From assembly GCA_965213625.1 (NCBI GenBank), contig CBDBZU010000004.1, positions 64,001-128,000 on the forward strand: DNA of 64,000 bases. The letters are read 5' to 3'. The number at the start of each line of letters is the position of its first letter. Within the stretch, counting starts at the first letter, position 1. The position numbers and the translations under genes were made by a program. Shown here one piece after another: positions 8,909-17,768 of the stretch. This DNA is from a bacterium (lineage in GTDB: Bacteria > UBA8248). The notes below the pieces were generated by a model. It was given only the letters and a program-made list of their open reading frames with translations, was not told the origin of the DNA and did not search any database.

Positions 8909-9634
8909 GACTGCTCCTCCTGCGGGCGCGTAGAGACCGGACCATCCCGGCCTCGCCTCGATCATATGACAGAGGAACATCCCCTACACGCGGTAGTTCG
9001 AGGGCCGACCCGATTATCCCATCTCGCATCTCCTTCGGCTTATTGTTTTCACCAGCCGGTTCCGCGGGCGCCTGCCGGGTTCGTGTCCGCCATGGGGCGC
9101 TCCCGCCGCCGTGCAAGCCCGGCGACGGACCGGGGTCTGGATTTTCATGCTGGCCGTCCCCTTTCCAGCGTTCTTGCCCACGGGCAAGAGCAGGATCTCC
9201 CAGGTTCCCTGGCGACCCATCCCCGTAACTTTGCGCCGGTCCACGACCCCGGACGACCCGTTGCGCCTCGCCGATAGCGGCGCTTCCGGTGCTGCCCCCA
9301 CACGATTAACAATGAAGGCGTCGTCGATTCACCGATTTCGAGGCTTACCCCACCGCTTCGTCACCTGCTGTCTACGCTTCACGACGCACGTTGCCGCACG
9401 CCATGCAAGACTCGCTTCCGGCTGGCTGGCTTCGCCTTTGCCGGGCGGGAGTCGAACCCGCTGGGTCGCTACGAGAGGTTTCAGGTCATGGCGTCCTCCT
9501 CTCCAGGGCTTAGCCTGGCGCAATAAACGTTCGGCGACAGGGTGATGGCGCCGGGTTTACTCATTCCGGACTTAAGCAAAAGGTTCTTGTTGAGGGGCTG
9601 GTAACATCATCCGGCATGTGGTAATCATGTCGGC

Positions 9635-11982
9635 ATGAAGATTTGCACGGAAGGTGTCGAGACGAAGCCGGCGTTGGTCGAGAGGCCGAATGAGCCATGG
9701 CCTCATTCCCCTGATTTGTCCACAACCGCAGAGGCGTACTGGCGTTCGCAGTACGAGCGCGAGCGTGCGCGCGCGGAGGCGGCGGAGGCGCGCTGCGAGG
9801 AGTTGCGGTGGGCGGAAGTGGATTCGCGCGCCCGTGCGGGTAGGCTGAAGCGGCAGTTCGACGTCTGCCGGAAGAAGCTCGAGGAGGCCGCCGGTGAGGC
9901 GAAGGAAGCCCGCCGCGCGGCGAAGGACGCGCTGTCGCTCAAGACGGAAGTGGAGCGGCTGGAGAAGCTGCTTGCGGAAGCAGGGGTCGAGCCGCGCAAG
10001 CGCAGCCCGCTCATGTCGCTGCGCATGGAGGTCGTCCGGCTTCGCAAGGAGCTCTCGGGCGTGCCGTCGCCGGGGGAGGCGGGGCGGGTGCGCAAGGCCC
10101 TGGAGGAGCGCAGGGAGACGATTCATGCCCTGCGCAAGGAGGTCGGCCGGCGGGAGAAGGAGGTCGCCCGGCTGGAGGAGCGACTGGACCGGGAGAAGCA
10201 GAAGTCGGCGGCTCACAAAGAGACCATCCGGGGCCTGGACGAGGAGGCCATCGGGCTCTACAGGAAGTTGCGGCGATTGCGCGACCAGGCGGAGGTGGTC
10301 GAGTCGTTGTCCGCGGAGGTTTACCGTCTTAAAGTCTCCCTGGGAGCCGCAGGCATCGCGACCGAACGACTGAAGGCGCGGTTGTTGCGCGCAATGGAGG
10401 CGGCGCGCTCGAGGTCGCCGTCCCGTGCGGACGAGGAACTGCGCAAGGCCCTGGGGAGGTCGCGGCGCCAGAAGACGGCGCTCGGGTCCCTGTCCAGGGA
10501 GAATGCGCGGCTTCGCCGGGCGCTACGCAAGTCAGAGACCCGCCGGGCGCGTCTGGAAGCCGAGCTCGCGAAGCTTCGCGCCACGGGAGTGGTGCTGGCG
10601 AAGAGGCTGTTCGGGCGCAAGAGCGAGCGGCAGGAGAAGCCGCGCTCGGAGCGCAGGCGCGGCGGGCAGCCCGGCGCCCGGGGCCATGGCCGCACCCCTC
10701 GTCCCGCGCTCGAGGAGAGGACGGAAGTTCGCAACCCGCCGCCCGCGTCTGCGCCTGTTGCGGGCAGCCCTACGTGGCCAACGGCGCGCGTGTATCGAGC
10801 CTCGTCGAGATCGAGGTCTCGGCCCACAAGCGCGTCATCCGCCGTCCGCGGTGGCGCCGGGGGTGCGGTTGCGCGTCGTCTCCCATGGAGGTGTCGGCGC
10901 CGCCCGCGCCGCGCCTGTTCGCGGGCACGTCCTTCGGGACGAGCGTATGGGCGCGCTTCCTGTTCGAGCGCTACGCCTGCTTCCGCCCGCTGCGCCGGGT
11001 TGCCGCGTGGCTCTCCGACCAGGGGCTTACCGTCTCGGCGGGGACGCTGGGTGACAGCGCGCACCGCTTCACGCCCCTGTTCGAGCCGCTGGCCGGGGCG
11101 ATCCTCGCCCGCCAGAACGAGTCTACGCTGCGCCACGGGGACGAGACGACCTGGCGGATACAGTCGCTTCGCGAGCAGGGGCGATCGAGCCGCGCCTGGC
11201 TGTGGACATCGGTAAGCACGGACTCCGTCTACTTCCACGTCGACCCCTCGCGGGGCGCCGGGGTCGCGATGAAGCTGTTCGGCGCGGCCGGCCGCCATAC
11301 GGTCCTCGTCTGCGACCGCTACAGCGCCTACAAGAAGCTGGCGCGCGAACTCGACGGCGCCGTAATCCTATCCTTCTGTTGGAGCCACCAAAGAAGAACC
11401 TTTATCGACAGCGCGGCCGGCGAGGCGCGCCTGACGCCGTGGTGCGAGAGATGGATCGGGCGGATCGCCTTGCTCTACCGCCTGAACGAGGCGCGCCTGG
11501 CCCGTTACGACTCAGGTCTCGAACACCAGGACGCGGCGTTCGACGCGGCGCACGACGAATTGAAGAAGGCGCTCGAGGGCCTGTTCGCGCAGGCCCGACG
11601 CGAACTGGCCGCCCTGTCGGCGCAGGCGCCCGAGGGCAAGGCGCTTCGCTCGCTGCTGAACCACCGCGAGGGGCTGAGCGTCTTCCTCGAGCGCCCCTGG
11701 GTGCCGACAGATAATAACGCCATTGAGAGAGTGCTCAGGGGTCCCGTGATCGGGAGGCGGCTCTCGTTCGGCTCCGACAGCGAGGCCGGCACCGGGTTCA
11801 CGGCGATGATGTACTCCGTCCTCGGAACGCTCTCATCGAACGGCATCGACCCGCTCCGCTGGCTCGATGCATGGCTCACCGCCTGCGCGCAGAACGGCGG
11901 CCGGGCGCCCGGGGACCTCTCCGCATGGCTGCCCTGGTCGATGAATGCGGAGCGCAGGCGCGCCCTCACGGCGCCGGGATGA
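9635..11982 (+). pseudogene. IS66 TnpC transposase with long N-terminal coiled coil, frameshifted near 10740
   Basis: LFGRKSE and GQPGARGHGR, then in the second frame CACCGQPY zinc finger, HGDETTW, LVCDRYSAY, CWSHQRR, DNNAIERVLR. Confidence 0.9.
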
Positions 11983-11986
11983 CGCC

Positions 11987-12859
11987 GTGATCGAGTGCCG
12001 CTACTACGGACGCGACTTCACGACTGATGAGATGACGCTGCTGCGCGCGCTGATCACCGGCCCTCCCGCGCTCAATCGCAACGTGCTCTCCAAGGAGTTC
12101 TGCCGGCGCATCGGCTGGTTCAAGCCCGACGGCGGACTCAAGGACATGATGGCCCGGGTGACCATGCTCGCCATGCACAGAGACGGCCTGATCACGCTTC
12201 CCCCGCCGAAGCGCCCGCGGCACCCGGCCCGGCCGATCGTCTTCGGGCCAGACACCGAAGCGCCTCTCATCCCGGCGCCCGAGACCCTCGACGAGGTCCG
12301 TCCCCTCGGGATGCGCATCGTCGTGCGTGGAACCCGCGAGGGAAGGCTCTGGAACGAGTTCGTCGCCCGCTACCACTACCTCGGCTACAAGACCCTCGTC
12401 GGCGCCCAGATGCGCTACGCCGTACACGACCGCGACGGCAGGCCCCTCGCCATGCTCGGCTTCTCCACCGCCGCGTGGAAGCTCGCCCCGCGCGATGCCT
12501 TCATCGGCTGGACGCCCAGGCTGCGCGAGAAGAACCTTCCCCTCGTGGTCGACAACCCGAGGTTCCTCATCCTGCCATAGATCAAAATCCCCAACCTCGG
12601 CTCGCATCTCCTCGCCATCCTTCGCAGGCGACTGCCCGACGACTGGACCGAGCGCTATGGCACGACCCCCGTCCTCATCGAGACCTTCGTCGAGACGCCA
12701 CGCTACACCGGCGCCGTCTACAGGGCTTCAGGATGGATTCACGTCGGAACCACACAGGGACGCGGACGCTACGACAGGTACAAACGCCACGACAAACCCA
12801 AAAAGGATGTCTGGCTACGTCCCCTCCGCAACAACTGGAAGAAAGTCCTCAACCGCTGA
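11987..12859 (+). pseudogene. DUF4338 (DruA-like) protein with in-frame TAG at 12578-12580
   Basis: YYGRDFT...CRRIGW...LWNEFVARYHYLGY...RDAFIGW...NPRFLILP*IKIPNLGS...W.ERYG..PVLIETFVE...GAVYRASGWIHVGTTQGRGRYD. The TAG replaces an expected Trp. Confidence 0.85.
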
Positions 12860-13292
12860 AACAACTCCCATCACCCTGTCGCCGAACGGTTACCTACCCG
12901 GCCCCCGACAGGCGCACCCTTGGATACGCAGGCGTTGTAACGAATCCGCTTGCGGTTTGATTACGGGTTATGGAGGGTGGATCTCGGAGACTCGGTAAAA
13001 GAAAATGATATCAATATGTTAGATGGATATGTGTCCAATCGAAACTAGTGGATGCACCTGATTTCTCGAAAAACCCCGTGAATTTGTCTAATTTTATCGA
13101 TATTTCCAGATATTATTATTTGCATATTTCATGATCTGCGCCTGGACGAATCGCTCACCCGCCTCCATCGGTCCGCGCCCGCTCCATCTCCTGAAAAACC
13201 AATGGCCGACGGACGGCCTTCTCAGCATACCCCATCGCCCCGAAAATCCCGCCACGGCAAATGCGGGTCGAACCCGACCGAGGAGGTCAGTT

Positions 13293-13406
13293 CCGACCGA
13301 GAAGGGAGGAACTGACCGACTGAGAAGGGAGGAACTGACCGACCGGGGAGGGAGGAACTGACCGACTGAGAAGGGAGGAACTGACCGACCGGGGAGGGAG
13401 GAACTG
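13293..13406. repeat. 23-bp tandem repeat, about 5 copies
   Basis: Units G(A/G)G(A/G)AGGGAGGAACTGACCGAC(T/C) at 13299, 13322, 13345, 13368 and 13391 (partial). Confidence 0.92.
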
Positions 13407-13760
13407 CTTCGCCGGCCGACCGGGCAGGTCAATCGTGGCTGGGGAAGGAGCGGTTGTTGTTTGCGCGCACCGACCCAAACGATCGGCCCTTCCAACTTAC
13501 AGGCGCTCCCCTCCTCTCCCTTCACCGCGAATGCCCTCCCCGGTTCCAGGCCGGACCACCCACTCCATACGCATGAAACGTGGCGGCGCTCTCCGGTGAA
13601 GCCGCATCAAACGCCCCACCAGATACGATTTTGTCTCACCGAGGCGTTATGTTAGATTCATTCCATCATCTGGATTTAAAAGTTCGGCGAAAGTAATTCC
13701 GGGAGAAGACGAACTTCACGTCACCGCGCAGAAGCAGGCGGTGGAAACCCGAGGTTTCAC

Positions 13761-14663
13761 GTGGACCGAACCGACGCCCAAAAATCCCTCGACGCCCAGG
13801 ACGTGAAACGCATCGCCCGCGAGTTGGGCGCAGACCTCGCAGGCGTCGCATCGGCGGAGGATTTCGCGGAAGCCGCTCCCGGCTGCCGACCCAGAGACTT
13901 GTTCAACATGGCGAACAGCGTCGTCGTCATCGCCAAACGCATCCCCTTCGCCGCGGCCACGCCCTATCCCAGCATCGGCGCGATGGAATTCGGCGAATAC
14001 ATCCCGGAAAATTTCCTGAACGAAGCCTGCTACCGCCTCTCGCTTCATCTCGAAGACGCGGGCTATCTCTCGGGCGCCACGCCATGCGGGCGCGACATCA
14101 CGAGCTTCCGCGTGGAAGAAGAAGACCCCGAGCCCAGGGTTTTCCTCCAGGGTTCCTTCGATTTGCGGCTCGCGGCGGTCAAGGCCGGCCTCGGGCATAT
14201 CGGAGCCAACAACTGCCTCATCACGCCCAAGTACGGCTCCCGCGTCCGCCTGGGCGCGGTGCTCACCGAGGCGCGCCTCGCGCCTGACCCGCCCAACCAG
14301 TACGGCGTTGTTCCTGAGTTCTGCCGTGAATGTGGCTTTCGCTGCGTGGAGGCCTGCCCCGCGAACGCGCTCCCGGGCGACGGCACGGTCGATCACTACC
14401 GCTGCATGGTCATCCGGCCGGATCTGGTCGCGCCCGAAAAAGCCCTCACCCATTTCAAAAAACTGTTCCGGGGCAAGCCCCTCATCATGGCGGCCAAAGG
14501 CCTCTCCTACACTGACAGCCCGCCGCATGCCTGCAGCACCTGCATCGCCCTGTGCCCGATGGATCAGGGCCGCGATTTCGCAGATACGCCTTTTCACCGT
14601 GAATCCTGGTCCGATGAAGACGCGCGCAAGGTCATCGACCCGGCATTACTGGAGAATCCCTAG
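13761..14663 (+). CDS. QueG/reductive-dehalogenase-like 2x[4Fe-4S] protein, copy 1
   Basis: ARELGADLAGVA, AAVKAGLGHIG, TPKYGSRVRLGAVLT, CRECGFRCVEACP, CSTCIALCP. Confidence 0.85.
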   Translation: MDRTDAQKSLDAQDVKRIARELGADLAGVASAEDFAEAAPGCRPRDLFNMANSVVVIAKRIPFAAATPYPSIGAMEFGEYIPENFLNEACYRLSLHLEDAGYLSGATPCGRDITSFRVEEEDPEPRVFLQGSFDLRLAAVKAGLGHIGANNCLITPKYGSRVRLGAVLTEARLAPDPPNQYGVVPEFCRECGFRCVEACPANALPGDGTVDHYRCMVIRPDLVAPEKALTHFKKLFRGKPLIMAAKGLSYTDSPPHACSTCIALCPMDQGRDFADTPFHRESWSDEDARKVIDPALLENP

Positions 14664-14664
14664 C

Positions 14665-15510
14665 ATGGAAAACGGCCACGGAACCGGGATTTCCTCCGCC
14701 GACGTCAAGGCGCAGGCCCGTGAGTTCGGCGCGGACCTGGTGGGAATCTCATCGTGTGCGGGTTACGGAAAAGCGCTGCCCGGCTGCAAGCCCGAAGACC
14801 TCGTAAAGGACGCCAGGAGCGTCGTCGTCTTCGCGCGCCGCATGCCCTTCGGCAACGCCACCTCCCGGCCTACGGTGGGTTATCTGGAATTCGGCTATTA
14901 CGGGCACGAGGCATGGATCAACAAGCTCTCATACCGCCTCGCGCTCTGGTTGGAGGATCAAGGACAGATGGCGCTGCCCACCCCCGCCGGGCGGGACATC
15001 CCCTCGCTCCGCATCCTGAGCGAAGGCGCGGAGCCCGAGGTCTTCATGCAAGGCTCCTTCGACTTGAGGCTCGCTGCGGTGAACGCAGGCATGGGCGAAA
15101 TCGGCGTGAACAACAACCTCATCACCGCCGAATACGGCTCGCGCCTGAGACTCGGAGCGGTCATCACGACGGCGGCGCTCGAACCCGACCCGCCCAGGCA
15201 ATACGGCGTGGTGCCCGATTTCTGCGTGGAGTGCGGGTACAAGTGCATCAAGCCCTGTCCTGCGGGCGCCCTCCCCGGAGACGGCGCTGTGGACCACTAC
15301 AAGTGCATGGTGATGTATCCCCAAAAAGTCTCGCCGGAAAAAGCCGTCGACGTCTTCAAGAAACGCTACGGCTACCCCGAACTCCAGCTCGCCGGGCGCA
15401 TGATGGCCTTCACCGAGAACGCGCCGCACATCTGCGCGACCTGCATCACCCTGTGCCCGATGGACGAAGCGCGCCGCGTCAAAGAGAAGGCGAACGGCGG
15501 CGGGGACTGA
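14665..15510 (+). CDS. QueG/reductive-dehalogenase-like 2x[4Fe-4S] protein, copy 2
   Basis: AREFGADLVGIS, AAVNAGMGEIG, EYGSRLRLGAVIT, CVECGYKCIKPCP, CATCITLCP. Start ATG is 1 nt after the copy 1 stop. Confidence 0.85.
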   Translation: MENGHGTGISSADVKAQAREFGADLVGISSCAGYGKALPGCKPEDLVKDARSVVVFARRMPFGNATSRPTVGYLEFGYYGHEAWINKLSYRLALWLEDQGQMALPTPAGRDIPSLRILSEGAEPEVFMQGSFDLRLAAVNAGMGEIGVNNNLITAEYGSRLRLGAVITTAALEPDPPRQYGVVPDFCVECGYKCIKPCPAGALPGDGAVDHYKCMVMYPQKVSPEKAVDVFKKRYGYPELQLAGRMMAFTENAPHICATCITLCPMDEARRVKEKANGGGD

Positions 15511-15623
15511 GACTTTAATCAGAATTGCCAACCGACGAGAGAGAGGTGAACCACTTCCCTCTTGAGGTAGTTTCTGAAAAAGCCCTACTCGGTCGCAATT
15601 GACGAGCGGAGAGGAGCATGTTT

Positions 15624-15990
15624 GTAGGGGCCGCATACATGCGGCCCTGGTTTTTACGCCCACTAAATGGGACGCATTTATGCGTCCCCTACAACACGAA
15701 TAGCGCTCGTAGGGGCTGTTCGCGAACGGTGAGTATAACGGGCGAAGGCCGATGACGTGGGGGATCAATCCCGACTGAGAAAGGAGGATTGCGGTTTTGT
15801 TCGTCATTCCGGCGTCGAAAGCGATTGATGAATGAGGGTTCGACTGAATCCATTATTTGCTTTTTTTACTACTTGATTGCTCCCCGCCAATGACGGGCAG
15901 ATGTATAGCCCGTAGGGACAGGTCGCGACCTGTCCCTACAACTGGATTCCACAATCCCCCCTTCACTAGTCGGGACTGACACCGGAATGA
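15624..15990. repeat. Cluster of REP-like palindromes (GTAG type and GTCATTCCGG type)
   Basis: Inverted GTAG hairpins at 15624-15648 and 15669-15692. Perfect 28-bp palindrome at 15912-15939. GTCATTCCGG at 15803 and CCGGAATGAC at 15981. Confidence 0.8.
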
Positions 15991-16162
15991 CGGCAGTTAG
16001 CAACTCCAAGCGAGGCCGGGTTATTCAACAATCCTCCTCATTCGCATTCGACCCCCAAAAAGGGAATGATAAACACACCTGCTGGATACATTTCTGAATC
16101 AACCAACAAGAAAACTCACCAACTTAAGTATATAATCCCCTTTCTTTTCTTAGGAGCATGCA

Positions 16163-17395
16163 ATGCCGAAACCGCTGGAAGGATTCCGGGTGCTGGACTT
16201 GACCCAGTTCTACTCGGGTCCCTGGACGACGCTCCTGCTCGCCGGTCTGGGGGCGGAGGTCATCAAGGTGAACCACCCGGCCACGGGCGACGTGGTGGCC
16301 ATGGGGCCTCCTTTCGCGGGTCCAGAGGGCGTGTCCTTCCACCGCCAATCCGAGGACGACTTGGGCGTCGCTTATCTCAAGCGAACCCGCAACAAGAAAT
16401 CCCTGACCCTGAACCTCAAGGAACCGCGCGGGCTGGACCTGTTCTACCGCCTGGTGGATGAGGCCGACGTGCTCGTCGAGAATTTCTCGGTGGGCGTCAC
16501 CGGGCGGCTCAAAATCGACTACGAGACGCTCAGCAAGCGCAACCCCGGGCTCATCTACTGCTCCATCACCGGCTACGGGCAAAGCGGCCCCGACGCGAAA
16601 CTCAAGGGGTATGACGCCGTCACCCAGGCGGTCTCGGGCCTCATGAATCTCACGGGCTTTCCCGACGGCCCCCCCACCAAGGCTGGCTCCGCCATCGCGG
16701 ACAGCATCGGGGGCACGTTCGCCTACGGCGCCATCACCACCGCGCTCCTGCACCGCGAGCGCACGGGCGAGGGCCAGTGGATAGACGTCTCGATGGTGGA
16801 CTGCCTCTTGTCCCTGGTATTCGATGAGCCGATGGACTGCTACGACTCGCTGGGGCTGCCCGATAGGCTGGGAAACCGCATCATGCGCCTCTCCCCCTTC
16901 AACGCGTATCAGGCGAAGGACGGCTGGCTGGTGGTCGGTTCGGGCACTGACGCCCACTGGAACAACATCCTGCGCGCCGTGGGGCGCGAGGAACTGCTGG
17001 GCGACGCGCGCTATGCGGACCTGAGCGGCCGCATCACGAACAACGACGAGGTGGACGCCGTCATCACCGAGTGGACGGAAAAGCACACCGTGGATGAGGC
17101 GCTCGCGGAGTTGCGCTGCTTCGACGTCATCTGCGGACCCGTCCACACCATCAGGGACATCCTCGCCTGGCCGCACCTGAAAGAGCGGGAAATGATTGAA
17201 GACCTCCCCCACCCCACGCTTGGCCCTCTGAGCGAAGTCAAAACGGCCGCTTTTCCGCTTAAATTCAACAAAACCCCCGGCGGCTACGACGCCCCCGCTC
17301 CGCTGAATGGTGAGCACAACGAGGAGATTCTGGGCGACCTGCTCGGCCTCTCGAAAGAAGAGATCGAAAAGCTCAAGCGAGACGGTGTTATCTGA
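16163..17395 (+). CDS. Family III (CaiB/BaiF) CoA-transferase
   Basis: PLEGFRVLDLT, LGAEVIKV, RNKKSLTLNLK, ADVLVENF, SITGYGQSGP, GYDAVTQAVSGLM, IAD. Confidence 0.95.
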   Translation: MPKPLEGFRVLDLTQFYSGPWTTLLLAGLGAEVIKVNHPATGDVVAMGPPFAGPEGVSFHRQSEDDLGVAYLKRTRNKKSLTLNLKEPRGLDLFYRLVDEADVLVENFSVGVTGRLKIDYETLSKRNPGLIYCSITGYGQSGPDAKLKGYDAVTQAVSGLMNLTGFPDGPPTKAGSAIADSIGGTFAYGAITTALLHRERTGEGQWIDVSMVDCLLSLVFDEPMDCYDSLGLPDRLGNRIMRLSPFNAYQAKDGWLVVGSGTDAHWNNILRAVGREELLGDARYADLSGRITNNDEVDAVITEWTEKHTVDEALAELRCFDVICGPVHTIRDILAWPHLKEREMIEDLPHPTLGPLSEVKTAAFPLKFNKTPGGYDAPAPLNGEHNEEILGDLLGLSKEEIEKLKRDGVI

Positions 17396-17496
17396 GAAAT
17401 TACTCCTCAAGGTGTGTTGGAAACCCGGCTTCGGATGTGGGCGGTTTATGGGTGTTCGCTTAGGGGAAGGTATTGCCGACCTTCGAGATTACCCAC

Positions 17497-17635
17497 CGTC
17501 ATTCCGGCGCATGCCGGAATCCAGAGCCGATGAGAAGGAGAAAAAGCAGCACTCCATTTTTTCACTCATTTGCGATGAATGATGGTAAAAGAACAAAAAC
17601 AAAGTCACTGGATTCCGGCATGCGCCGGAATGACG
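17497..17635. repeat. Inverted pair of 28-bp REP-like palindromes
   Basis: CGTCATTCCGGCGCATGCCGGAATCCAG (17497-17524) and its exact reverse complement (17608-17635), between convergent genes. Confidence 0.88.
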
Positions 17636-17768
17636 AACAAAACCAAACCTTCCGTATTCTCTTCCTTCTCGTTCAGCAAGGTCAAAAAAAGGGGGGGGGT
17701 AATTATTAAATTCACTCCGGTGGGGAGTGATCTCTGCAGGGATCGCAAGTCTGGCCTCTGCTAACAGG

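Larger units (their letters stand above)
7559..9025 (-). mobile_element. IS110-family element, IS1111-type (sub-terminal IRs, long 3' non-coding region)
   Basis: Sub-terminal IR TAATCGGG (7563-7570) / CCCGATTA (9009-9016). TCTC core at both junctions (7559-7562, 9022-9025). Removing it restores contiguous intron sequence GATGCGAGAAGGGCAGGAAG. Confidence 0.9.
7249..9523 (-). mobile_element. Group II intron C, ORF-less (about 810 nt without the IS110), interrupted by IS110
   Basis: 5' TTGCGCCAGGCTAAG. DII stem UCCUGCUCU/AGGGCAGGA. DIII ATAGTACCGCTGAAGGCGGGGAAC...GACCCACTGGAGGGAAG. DV GAACCGAGTGTGTCAATCGCGCACGCTCGGGTC (AAC triad). 3' end CTACCCGAC. DIV retains only a short IEP N-terminus-like remnant (TYTKQQWIAKQAR). 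Confidence 0.88.
9524..12893 (+). mobile_element. IS66-family element with DUF4338 passenger; first G of the left TIR displaced to 7248 by intron C
   Basis: 26-bp TIRs GTAA(A/C)CGTTCGGCGACAGGGTGATGG at 7248+9524-9548 and 12868-12893, with one mismatch. Confidence 0.9.

Noticed and set aside
9440-9470. tRNA-like T-arm (GCGGGTTCGACTCCCGC on the minus strand)
   Set aside because: It lies in domain I of intron C, with no acceptor stem, anticodon arm or CCA.
10735-10745. Programmed frameshift in the IS66 transposase
   Set aside because: There is no slippery A-run. It looks like a short deletion just before the zinc finger.
12578-12580. Pyrrolysine or readthrough at the TAG in DUF4338
   Set aside because: It is a single-base change from TGG at an expected Trp, in an element whose transposase is also broken. 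Simple decay is more likely.
12894-12902. IS66 8-bp target duplication, and CTACCCGGC as a fourth intron 3' end
   Set aside because: The left flank CATCGCTT differs from the right flank CTACCCGG, so there is no TSD (rearrangement is likely). No DV accompanies the motif.
13293-13406. Possible CRISPR array
   Set aside because: Units abut directly with no unique spacers, and there are no cas genes in the window.
13761-15510. Naming these genes queG or rdhA
   Set aside because: They lack the QueG-specific motif and the Tat/RdhB features. Only the shared fold is supported.
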